IMG/VR virus record: IMGVR_UViG_3300027898_000001
Reading direction: 5' to 3' (one strand)
DNA: 64,000 bases
Origin: a virus
Taxonomy: Duplodnaviria > Caudoviricetes
The translations under genes were made by a program, and so were the position numbers. Positions 1-8,065 of the stretch are shown here, piece after piece. The notes below the pieces were generated by a model. That model had not been told where the DNA came from. It did no database searches and saw only the letters and a program-made list of their open reading frames with translations. The stretch's first letter is position 1, and every line of letters starts with the position of its first letter.

Positions 1-1
1 T

Positions 2-343
2 GAGGCCCATATACGCTATATGCGAGTGCCGGAATGTTTAAATAGTTTTCTACCTAGCACTGTTGGTGTTATAGCTAGACTACAACTGCCTATGATAAAT
101 ACTTTTTTCAGAGACGTTCCTACGTTTTCATACAGCGGTGGTGATTATTTTTACCACTATCTACCTATTACTAGTCTGCCTGTTGCCGTGTTAAATTTCT
201 GCGATACCATATTTGATATGGGCACTGGTACTATTTATAAAAGTCGTAATGACTTTGCAGGTGAAACATTCAAGCAACACTTGTTTAAACTACCTGTTAA
301 TGTTGTTAAAACCCTAAATTTAAAAACTAACAAGAGACCTTAA
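2..343 (+). CDS. hypothetical protein, probably 5' truncated by the window edge
   Basis: Frame is open from base 2 through the ATG at 20; no recognised motif. Confidence 0.55.
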   Translation, partial: EAHIRYMRVPECLNSFLPSTVGVIARLQLPMINTFFRDVPTFSYSGGDYFYHYLPITSLPVAVLNFCDTIFDMGTGTIYKSRNDFAGETFKQHLFKLPVNVVKTLNLKTNKRP

Positions 344-345
344 TC

Positions 346-849
346 ATGCCTATGTCATTTCCAACACACGAATCAGTTGTTAACCGCGCTAAGCAACGTG
401 GCTTTAGAGCTCCATGTTTTCAAGAAGACGAAGATCATTACCGCACAGCATTCGCCAATTTCATGGTAAATGTAGATCGCTTGGAGTCTAGTGAAATTCG
501 CACAGCCTCTAGCAATTCTCAAATGAACGCTATGCACAGTGTTTTCGATTTGTTACGCAAACCAACGCTCAAATCCACTCCTCTAGTTCAAATGGAAACA
601 GAAACGATTCCTCTGTTGAAAGAGTTTTACTTAGAAGCGGAACATGTGTGGGATAACGATGTAACTAAGTCTGAGCAATTGGATCCAGTGCGTCTGTATC
701 ACGCTGAACTTGTTTATGCTGCTGAAAAGTTTGCATTGTTGGCGGATCAAGTTAAAGAAACTATTCGCAGATTAGAAATTGATATACAATATCAGAAAGA
801 TATTGCGAAGGAAGAAGCCGAGAAAGAAAACACTAACAACGACATTTAA
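346..849 (+). CDS. hypothetical protein
   Basis: 167-aa ORF starting 2 nt after the previous stop; acidic, helical-looking C-terminus. Confidence 0.7.
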   Translation: MPMSFPTHESVVNRAKQRGFRAPCFQEDEDHYRTAFANFMVNVDRLESSEIRTASSNSQMNAMHSVFDLLRKPTLKSTPLVQMETETIPLLKEFYLEAEHVWDNDVTKSEQLDPVRLYHAELVYAAEKFALLADQVKETIRRLEIDIQYQKDIAKEEAEKENTNNDI

Positions 850-865
850 CGTAAAGGTAAATATC

Positions 866-1210
866 ATGCAAATATCAATAACGGTCGATACAAACAATGT
901 TACTGATAGGCTTAATATTCCTATCACTGAATTTGAAACGATGGTTTATTCTATTCGATCATTCGCAGATATATCATTTGTTAGCAACAAACGCCGCAAA
1001 TGTGCTACCTGTGCTAAGCGCAATGTACCTATGTTAGTCTCCGCAGTTTACGCAGCAGTTAAAGATTTTATATTACATAACGACTATGAAGAAAATATCG
1101 TAGATAAAAACTTTATAAATCTAACACGATTTATGGGACTAATCCAAACAGCTCAGCTTGAAAAACAAGCGGTACACTTCAACAAAATTGCAACTAGAAA
1201 GGACGTGTAA
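866..1210 (+). CDS. hypothetical protein
   Basis: ATG 866 (MQISITVD) with AAGGT SD preferred over track start 779; CxxC (CATC). Confidence 0.65.
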   Translation: MQISITVDTNNVTDRLNIPITEFETMVYSIRSFADISFVSNKRRKCATCAKRNVPMLVSAVYAAVKDFILHNDYEENIVDKNFINLTRFMGLIQTAQLEKQAVHFNKIATRKDV

Positions 1211-1211
1211 C

Positions 1212-1931
1212 ATGTCAAAACTTTATCTCGCAATATTACCATTGTTATTGGGAACCCTCGCACTGTCTGTTTTGTGCGACTTCAACTTCACTGCACTAAT
1301 CGCTACCATTAAATCAATTGCACCGCTTGACTGGCATGCTATTGGTGTTTCAATCTTCTGCGGCAGTTTGATTGGTTGGGAACGCATGTTGCGCAAGAAA
1401 GAACTTGGTATGCGCACAAGCATCTTTATTATTCTAGGCACTTACATATTCACCGCAATATCTGTACACGTTACAGGTAGTCAAGTAGACCCAACACGTA
1501 TCATTGCACAGATAGTTTCTGGTGTAGGCTTTCTTGGTGCTGGTGTGATGTTTACGAAAGATAACAAAGTTAGCGGCCTCACTTCTGCTGCCACTATATG
1601 GTTCCTTGCCGCGTTAGGTGTATGTATTGGAATAGGTTACTTACCTGTTGCTGTAATACTTGCTACAGTAGGCGTAACTTTGTTAATAGTTATCAATGAA
1701 GTGGATGACGCTATTGTTAAGAAATCTAAAAACTTATTCTCTAGTAAACCCGTATATAGGGTGTCTGTCAAAAATAATGTTTTGATGCCTGACACCTATA
1801 TTGTGCAGCGCAAAACAATGTTTGGTATTTGGTGGCAAGTTGGCGAGGACTATGAAGAGGTAGATGGTGCCATTCGAGCAGCTTGTCGTTTACGTGCAGA
1901 TTCCCATAACAGAAAAGCAATCATAGGATAA
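1212..1931 (+). CDS. mgtC: MgtC/SapB family membrane protein with atypical C-terminal domain
   Basis: IGWER...GMRT, DPTRIIAQIVSGVGFLGAGV, VSGLTSAATIW are MgtC/SapB signature segments; ATG 1212 follows the stop at 1210. Confidence 0.9.
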   Translation: MSKLYLAILPLLLGTLALSVLCDFNFTALIATIKSIAPLDWHAIGVSIFCGSLIGWERMLRKKELGMRTSIFIILGTYIFTAISVHVTGSQVDPTRIIAQIVSGVGFLGAGVMFTKDNKVSGLTSAATIWFLAALGVCIGIGYLPVAVILATVGVTLLIVINEVDDAIVKKSKNLFSSKPVYRVSVKNNVLMPDTYIVQRKTMFGIWWQVGEDYEEVDGAIRAACRLRADSHNRKAIIG

Positions 1932-1935
1932 CATA

Positions 1936-2421
1936 ATGGAAAACTTACAAGATAAAATCCGCAACGTATTATCACAGTTTGATGAAGACTCGTACAACTA
2001 TGCTACAGAAGTGGCTGCACTGTGTATCACGGCAATTGCAATCGAACTAGGTGGTGGCAAGTTATATCAGTTACTCGATGGTGTGCTACCTGTATTGCAA
2101 GAAGTAGCCTCTAGTTCAAAACTCTCTAAACAATTACTTCCAGACACTGTTAAACCGAAGCAGTTCAAGCAAGACGTACAGAATTTAGCCTTGTACGTTC
2201 TTAGATTGGAATACACCAAGTTGTACTACGTGTCTAAACAATTGGACCAGTTGAAACGTCAGGTATCTACTTCCTCTGCCATGTTTGCTTCCGAAGTTGG
2301 CGTATCGGACGATATAGACAGCCGCATTATTAAAACACGACAACGCATTAAACAAATCACTACACAGTGGACTTCTCTCACTGCTGAAAAACTAACTTTA
2401 GTAGTACCTGACGAGAAATAA
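1936..2421 (+). CDS. hypothetical protein
   Basis: 161-aa ORF with AGGA SD; coiled-coil-like C-terminal half. Confidence 0.7.
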   Translation: MENLQDKIRNVLSQFDEDSYNYATEVAALCITAIAIELGGGKLYQLLDGVLPVLQEVASSSKLSKQLLPDTVKPKQFKQDVQNLALYVLRLEYTKLYYVSKQLDQLKRQVSTSSAMFASEVGVSDDIDSRIIKTRQRIKQITTQWTSLTAEKLTLVVPDEK

Positions 2422-2423
2422 AA

Positions 2424-2654
2424 ATGTTTTACTACATTCAATGTTTTGTAGAATGGTTGCTGTGGGCAATTCTATTTACCGTAGCTTTATTCCCACAATA
2501 CCTTAAAATCAAAGAAACTGATAAACCTAAGATTATACTTCGGGCTGGCATACTTTGGTTTATTATGATGATTGCTATGTTGCCTATACACAAGCAACAT
2601 GTTATAGAGGAGAAGTCGCATGACCAGGCCAGTGTGGAAATTAAAAATAGTTAG
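2424..2654 (+). CDS. small membrane protein (two hydrophobic segments)
   Basis: FVEWLLWAILFTVALF and IILRAGILWFIMMIAML. Confidence 0.6.
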   Translation: MFYYIQCFVEWLLWAILFTVALFPQYLKIKETDKPKIILRAGILWFIMMIAMLPIHKQHVIEEKSHDQASVEIKNS

Positions 2655-2844
2655 TAGTAACATAGAAAAAGCAGCATACCATGTTACGCAGAAAAAGTTA
2701 TCTGTTACGTTTAAGTCGGGTAAGAAGTATATTTATTCTGACGTGTCCGTGAAAGAGTTTATGGCATTTACATTAGCAGAATCTCAAGGTAAGTATTTAA
2801 ACGAATTTATCAAACCTGTGAAAGAAGTCGAGGAAATAGAATGA
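2620..2844 (+). CDS. KTSC domain protein
   Basis: SSNIEKAAY...LSVTFKSGKKYIYSDV...AESQGKYLNEFIK fits the KTSC pattern (SS.I..vgY...L.V.F..G..Y.Y..V...S.G.y.n..IK). Confidence 0.9.
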   Translation: MTRPVWKLKIVSSNIEKAAYHVTQKKLSVTFKSGKKYIYSDVSVKEFMAFTLAESQGKYLNEFIKPVKEVEEIE

Positions 2845-3251
2845 CGAAAATTGTAGGTACCACAAAGTGTGATCGTAAATTAAGTCTTGCTAATCTAGTC
2901 GCCGCCAATCTGAACAGTTTAGGTTACGCTGCCTCTGTTTTACAAAATGTTACCAACTCTGCGGGTACGCACAAAGATACCTGCTTGGTAGATAGTAATC
3001 TAGGTCGTATTCATGTTACTGCCCAAAGTCAATTAAAGCCTAATGGTTTTATTGATCTTGATTTTGGTCACGACGACCAGAGCTTCACAGTAGATAAAGC
3101 CTTCTTTGCATTTGGCTATAATTCTACTGACAACACTGGAAGAACCTTTGTGTTCATGTTGAATGCGAGGCACATAGTCGGTAAAAAGAAATTGCTTGTT
3201 TCTGAAATGAAACAGTTAGCAGAAAAACAACCATTAAGTTTTATTTGTTGA
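2841..3251 (+). CDS. hypothetical protein
   Basis: 136-aa ORF overlapping the previous stop by 4 nt. Confidence 0.7.
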   Translation: MTKIVGTTKCDRKLSLANLVAANLNSLGYAASVLQNVTNSAGTHKDTCLVDSNLGRIHVTAQSQLKPNGFIDLDFGHDDQSFTVDKAFFAFGYNSTDNTGRTFVFMLNARHIVGKKKLLVSEMKQLAEKQPLSFIC

Positions 3252-3260
3252 GATATAATC

Positions 3261-3698
3261 ATGACCAAATTAAAACCGTTACATAAGTACGAACAAACGC
3301 CAATGGTCGAAAAGACTTCGGAATTGTTGATGCGTATCATACTGATGGAAAAAGAGAATCCGAATTTTAAAATACCGTCAGATGTTGATCCAGGATTTGG
3401 ATATAAAGTAATGAAGGCACGACTTGATGCTGTCAACATTACAGTGTATCAACCACTTATGGTATTCCTAGTAGATTTGTGTGAATCACCTGCGGATGTT
3501 GTTCTGTACGCACATTCATTACACTACATTGCTGTAAGTAAAAATAAGACACACATTAATATTGATGATGTGTGTTTCGCATACGCTAACGGTTTTCCAA
3601 ATGCAGATCAAAAGCAATTAGCGTGGGATGCTCAGAAAAGTAAAGATCGTGAGTATCCGGGTAACTTGATTGATAACTTTGACAATTGGGGTGTGTGA
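3261..3698 (+). CDS. hypothetical protein
   Basis: 145-aa ORF, GAG SD; stop overlaps the next ATG. Confidence 0.7.
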   Translation: MTKLKPLHKYEQTPMVEKTSELLMRIILMEKENPNFKIPSDVDPGFGYKVMKARLDAVNITVYQPLMVFLVDLCESPADVVLYAHSLHYIAVSKNKTHINIDDVCFAYANGFPNADQKQLAWDAQKSKDREYPGNLIDNFDNWGV

Positions 3699-4129
3699 TG
3701 GACGTAAAAGAAATTTTAGCTTTGGCTGAAGAAGTTAAACTTATTGTACCATACGCGTGGCGCTACTCTGAACACTACAAGTTAGTACATGCTTCAAATC
3801 AAGGTGTTATCGAAGGTAGTAAAGAAATAGCTGCCGTAAAGTATGATGCGTTTGGTGAATACTTCGATGCTCTACAGCCTGCAAATTTAATACCGTTGTT
3901 GCAGCAAATTCCAGATAATACGGAGCGTGACAAGTTACTGAACTTGTTGCACGACCATAAACTGGATGACGACGGTGAGCACGAACTGATTCAAATGTTT
4001 GCTGCCGACTTCAAGAAACTAGTTCGATCTTATTTTCCAACAGCGATAGATGTTACGCGATTTACCGATGTTGTTAGCAGTATGCAAGATCATACTAGTT
4101 GCTTCTCTCCGTACGTTTGGAGCGACTAA
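3698..4129 (+). CDS. hypothetical protein, possibly Ead/Ea22-like
   Basis: TGATG coupling at 3696-3700; LALAEE...W and GEYFDALQPANLIPLLQQI loosely resemble the Ea22-type a.fiaaanPatvlaLl segment. Confidence 0.45.
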   Translation: MDVKEILALAEEVKLIVPYAWRYSEHYKLVHASNQGVIEGSKEIAAVKYDAFGEYFDALQPANLIPLLQQIPDNTERDKLLNLLHDHKLDDDGEHELIQMFAADFKKLVRSYFPTAIDVTRFTDVVSSMQDHTSCFSPYVWSD

Positions 4130-4130
4130 C

Positions 4131-4138
4131 TGTAAATA
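4131..4138 (+). promoter_or_regulatory. candidate phage promoter motif TGTAAATA
   Basis: Intergenic, 40 nt before ATG 4171; same motif at 18646, 25674 and (minus) 50558-50565. Confidence 0.4.
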
Positions 4139-4170
4139 GTGTAATACATGTAATCAAATGGAGTTTTATT

Positions 4171-4389
4171 ATGTACAGCAAGGTAGTATTAGGAAATAAA
4201 TCAAGTTTACCTCACCAATCTGCAATAGAATTTACTGTGTCTAGTTTTAGAGAACTGTTACTAACATTACATAGTATCTATTACGTGGCACCCGTTACTA
4301 TTGTGCGAGAATGTAACAGAAATGTTGTTTTACTGTCTGGACAACCCGTCGGACACATTGACACATTTCCAGCTGACTATAAAGGTTAG
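4171..4389 (+). CDS. small hypothetical protein
   Basis: GGAG SD then ATG 4171 (MYSKVV). Confidence 0.55.
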   Translation: MYSKVVLGNKSSLPHQSAIEFTVSSFRELLLTLHSIYYVAPVTIVRECNRNVVLLSGQPVGHIDTFPADYKG

Positions 4390-4393
4390 TAAA

Positions 4394-4840
4394 ATGGTTA
4401 AACTAAAGGGTTTGCTAAAACCTAAATACGTGCACCGTGACATTGTTGTACGTTACGACAACTTACGGTTGTTTCGTCAGTTGTGGTTACGTGATTTTAA
4501 AAAGCTAACGTGTGCACCTAATTTCTTTATTGCAGATGATGGAAGTGTTTGGGTATCTTATAATGAAGTCGAACTCAGGCAATATTGTAAGATATATAAA
4601 TTCAATCCGTATGTATCACATAAAGAATATTTGCATAGTTATTTTGATATGAATGACCGAATCGCCTGTAAGTATTATCATTCACAAGATACTGTGTTAA
4701 ATCCAAAATTCTCTGAAATCCCAAGAGACGTTTTCTATAAAAAGAATTTCGGACCTATGTCTCTATCTTCGTTCGATAGAAAACTTAGAAAAGAAATGAA
4801 AGTACAATCGGAGAAATATTATAATGACCCTATCATTTGA
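4394..4840 (+). CDS. hypothetical protein
   Basis: ATG 4394 (MVKLKG) with AGGT SD preferred over 4301; aromatic/basic rich. Confidence 0.65.
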   Translation: MVKLKGLLKPKYVHRDIVVRYDNLRLFRQLWLRDFKKLTCAPNFFIADDGSVWVSYNEVELRQYCKIYKFNPYVSHKEYLHSYFDMNDRIACKYYHSQDTVLNPKFSEIPRDVFYKKNFGPMSLSSFDRKLRKEMKVQSEKYYNDPII

Positions 4841-5166
4841 CGCACAGTTTGATGCGATCTTTAGAGACAACAAAGAGTTTGCCCAAACCCCGTCTGTTGT
4901 TTCATTGCCAGCAGGTAAACAAAATGCAACAGGACCATCTGTCACAGAAATGTATGACCCACAACCTAAAACCCTTTATGTTGGTCGAATTACAGAACAA
5001 TCCACGCAATACCGTGGGAATCGTAGTAAAAGTATCTAAGGCTGCAAAACCTTATGTTACTGTTATGGATTTAGATAAGCAGGCAGTTCGCATATTGCAG
5101 CTATCCAGAGTGACAAAAGTTTTGCAAGAAAAAGTATTACCATACAACATTAAAAAGAGTGAGTAA
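4837..5166 (+). CDS. hypothetical protein with small beta-barrel-like C-terminal half (start uncertain: 4837 TTG or 4954 ATG)
   Basis: TTGA overlap with the previous stop; C-terminus VELQNNPRNTVGIVVKVSKAAKPYVTVMDL looks SH3/KOW-like; competes with ORF 4824-5039. Confidence 0.45.
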   Translation: MTHSLMRSLETTKSLPKPRLLFHCQQVNKMQQDHLSQKCMTHNLKPFMLVELQNNPRNTVGIVVKVSKAAKPYVTVMDLDKQAVRILQLSRVTKVLQEKVLPYNIKKSE

Positions 5167-5168
5167 AT

Positions 5169-6017
5169 ATGTTTGATTGGGCCGTACACGTAAATCCTAT
5201 ACATCTACCACACGCTGATATTAATTCTAATCCTATTCGATACAAGAGTGGTCGAATTCACGCGCGAAATCCAGAAGACAGCTACTTACCTTACGTATTT
5301 GTTGGCGATGATTACCACCATGTGTACATTAACTATGCGCTGATTGCCTCCGTGTTTATGCCTCACATTCGCATGATAACACTAGCTGGTAGGAATAATC
5401 TCTTACTTGCAGGCGATAAAGAAATAAAACACATTGATTTGTTAGACGGTCTTTTTATCTACCGCGATATATCGGAAGTGTACACCGCCTTAATAACAAT
5501 CATGTGTGATGAACTAAGTGAACTATCATTGTATAATCAGACTGTCTTAGATGATAAGGTCGTTACAAACATTAAGCGATTCGATGTGTTGGTAGCTATA
5601 TCCAATCCTAATGCTGCTTTGTTGGAAAAAGTTTATGCGGATATAAAACATCATGACCTTGACTTCAACTGTCTGGATACAATTATATTAGAGTATGACC
5701 AGATATCGGAAGAGGAACGAATTGTTGACCGTTTCGCGTATGACTATGACTTCATTCAAAACAGTTTTAAATATCCTGATCACTATTTAAGTTTCCAAGA
5801 TAACCGTGTGAACCAGAATTTTGAAATATGTAGCGCACAACATTTGGTCCAGTTACTTACGACACAACTTGCGAACGATGATTTTGAATTGTTTAATGAG
5901 TTGAAGGCATCGGTACTGTTACAAACTAAACGACTGTTGGCAGAAAGCGAGAGAAATAAAATCAAAAAGCGTAACCTGATTGCAAATAAACCGAAAAAGA
6001 AAAAGGCCCGAAAATGA
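5169..6017 (+). CDS. hypothetical protein with basic C-terminal tail
   Basis: 282-aa ORF ending KPKKKKARK. Confidence 0.75.
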   Translation: MFDWAVHVNPIHLPHADINSNPIRYKSGRIHARNPEDSYLPYVFVGDDYHHVYINYALIASVFMPHIRMITLAGRNNLLLAGDKEIKHIDLLDGLFIYRDISEVYTALITIMCDELSELSLYNQTVLDDKVVTNIKRFDVLVAISNPNAALLEKVYADIKHHDLDFNCLDTIILEYDQISEEERIVDRFAYDYDFIQNSFKYPDHYLSFQDNRVNQNFEICSAQHLVQLLTTQLANDDFELFNELKASVLLQTKRLLAESERNKIKKRNLIANKPKKKKARK

Positions 6018-6604
6018 AAGTAACATACTTCACAGGTATTGAAAAGCGTGTGATTGCTCCCACTAGCTTACCTAATAAGAACTCTACGGCTGAACAGCTC
6101 AAGTTACACGGTTTTGTTGCCGCGCGTAATCACATATCGCAGTATAAAGGTCGGTATCAACGTATTGCAGATTATGCTTCTACATTAGAAGGTGTTGTTA
6201 TAATTGCCTGCCCTCTTATAAAAGAAGTAGATCAGCTTGCCATGTTACTCGATGCCAATATCATAACTGGCAATACATTAAGTGCAGATAGAAAACGAAT
6301 ATTTGAAAACATGGTAAGTGGTTCAAATAAAATCACTTGCATAACTTACCCATTGCTGCAAGGTTTGGGTGTACGTTTGAACGTAGATCATTTTATCCAT
6401 ACCAGTTACACGAAATATGGAATGCAGATCGCAGCTCCCCTTTACACAATGAAAGTAGGTACGTTCCATCAAATTGTTGACAATTGCTCTATGAACGTGG
6501 TAATACCTAGTTACATAAAAAGTTTGTATGATGCTGGCCTGTCTATAGAAGAAACTAACAAACCGCAAGTGTTCCAAAAACGAAATTCTGAATATGAAGA
6601 TTGA
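6014..6604 (+). CDS. stand-alone, degenerate SF2 helicase C-terminal (RecA2)-like domain protein
   Basis: VVIIACPLIKEVDQLAMLLDANIITGNTLSADRKRIFENMVSG..ITCITYPLLQGLGVRLNVDHFI follows motif IV-V spacing; motif VI (QxxGR) is not intact. Confidence 0.55.
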   Translation: MKVTYFTGIEKRVIAPTSLPNKNSTAEQLKLHGFVAARNHISQYKGRYQRIADYASTLEGVVIIACPLIKEVDQLAMLLDANIITGNTLSADRKRIFENMVSGSNKITCITYPLLQGLGVRLNVDHFIHTSYTKYGMQIAAPLYTMKVGTFHQIVDNCSMNVVIPSYIKSLYDAGLSIEETNKPQVFQKRNSEYED

Positions 6605-6629
6605 AAAATAAATATGAATGTGCTATAAT
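6601..6629 (+). promoter_or_regulatory. sigma70-type (early) promoter
   Basis: TTGAAA (6601-6606), 17-nt spacer, TATAAT (6624-6629) with extended -10 TGn. Confidence 0.75.
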
Positions 6630-6702
6630 GCGATAAGCGCTAAAGAAACTTCCTTTCGCCGACATTGTAGGTATAGCTGATAGGCAACATTCGGAGAGTT
6701 TA

Positions 6703-7098
6703 ATGGATTTACAACAATTAATAATCGCTGGTATAAAATCAGGCATTTCCGTTCCGATTGACATAAACGATTTTGATAGAGAAGTTTATCCACACTTTGC
6801 CGTGTACTACAGGTTGTATCTTTCTATACTACCTAAAACGTATACGAATTATTTTCAAACCGCTACTGTAATTGCGCGAGTTCCAGAAGAGCACATAAGA
6901 CACCTAACTCCTGCACATTTTGTCGCACTAGATTTATGTAGTCCTGAGGGTCTGAATGTTTCTGAGGAAGATATACATAAAGCAGCTTTAGATTTAGTTT
7001 CATGGCAACATGATTTTGTTGCATGGAATAGGAGTAGTAAGGCGAGCGTTTCTCGCTTCGCATGGAATGCTGTTAGAGTGAGTAGTGTGCAGTCGTAG
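6703..7098 (+). CDS. hypothetical protein
   Basis: GGAG SD; first gene after the sigma70 promoter. Confidence 0.7.
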   Translation: MDLQQLIIAGIKSGISVPIDINDFDREVYPHFAVYYRLYLSILPKTYTNYFQTATVIARVPEEHIRHLTPAHFVALDLCSPEGLNVSEEDIHKAALDLVSWQHDFVAWNRSSKASVSRFAWNAVRVSSVQS

Positions 7099-7166
7099 AT
7101 TAACACACTAAAACATTAATCGTAAGGAGAATTATTTTATGTCTTGAACTTTATTTGGAGATTTTT

Positions 7167-7529
7167 ATGAACGCTCAATTATCTATGACTCGTGTGTTTG
7201 ATGATTCACTGCTTGTGTTTTTACGTCAAAATGCAGTAGAAGGTGAAACTCTGGAATCACTTATTGCTGATGTGTTTGACGAAATGTATTCGGAAGAAAA
7301 CGGTCCGTTATTAGCACAGTTCGCTCTCATTGCATTAGACAAGATGGGAATGCGCCGTGTTATGGCAGCCGCTTTATTAGAATCATTACACAGAGCAGCC
7401 ACTCACCATTTGGACATATATGGATATGTAGATCGACTAGAGCGCGTGTGTAGACGCAAAGCCTGTATACCTGTTCACAATGGAATAACACATAACAATA
7501 GAATTGGGGTACATCGTCCCAACTTATAA
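7167..7529 (+). CDS. hypothetical protein
   Basis: GGAG SD at 7157-7160 then ATG 7167. Confidence 0.7.
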   Translation: MNAQLSMTRVFDDSLLVFLRQNAVEGETLESLIADVFDEMYSEENGPLLAQFALIALDKMGMRRVMAAALLESLHRAATHHLDIYGYVDRLERVCRRKACIPVHNGITHNNRIGVHRPNL

Positions 7530-7539
7530 AAGGTATAAC

Positions 7540-7938
7540 ATGTATCATCTAGGATTTGATGTTTGTGTGCCCAGAAAGAACGCATCTAACTTCGATACCT
7601 TACGTAAACGATTTTGCAAACGAATGGTTGTCTTACACAAAAAGATTGCCAAACAGTTTAAGCATAACGTCCGATCTTGGGAATATCGTAGTGTAGGTCG
7701 CTGTTCTTTCTGTGGTAAACACCAAGTTTCAAAGTCAAACAAATTGACTAGATTAACTAGAATAGATAGAGCCTTTATTTTAAACAATTACACTTGGTGT
7801 GAAAGCTACACGCACCAAATAAAGTGTCATGGTTTACGTCCTACTAAAGCGTTCTATTTGCTTATACTGAAAACAACATCTAAATGGATTCCTCTTAATG
7901 AGGATGAAATGAAAGTTGTAAATAACAGTAGCAACTAA
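7540..7938 (+). CDS. hypothetical basic protein with CxxC
   Basis: AAGGT SD, ATG 7540; RCSFCGKH. Confidence 0.65.
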   Translation: MYHLGFDVCVPRKNASNFDTLRKRFCKRMVVLHKKIAKQFKHNVRSWEYRSVGRCSFCGKHQVSKSNKLTRLTRIDRAFILNNYTWCESYTHQIKCHGLRPTKAFYLLILKTTSKWIPLNEDEMKVVNNSSN

Positions 7939-7941
7939 ACT

Positions 7942-8052
7942 CTCGATAGAGATTATACTAATTTATCGAGCGTTTTATCATAAGCTGTTTATACAAGGCT
8001 TATCAACTATAGCCGCAGTCTATTGGCTATCAAATATAGGTATTACCTATCA
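7942..8052 (+). promoter_or_regulatory. array of four short inverted repeats in an intergenic leader
   Basis: CTCGATAGA/TTTATCGAG, ATAAGC/GCTTAT, ATAGCC/GGCTAT, ATAGGT/ACCTAT in tandem. Confidence 0.5.
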
Positions 8053-8065
8053 CAAGGAAATATAA

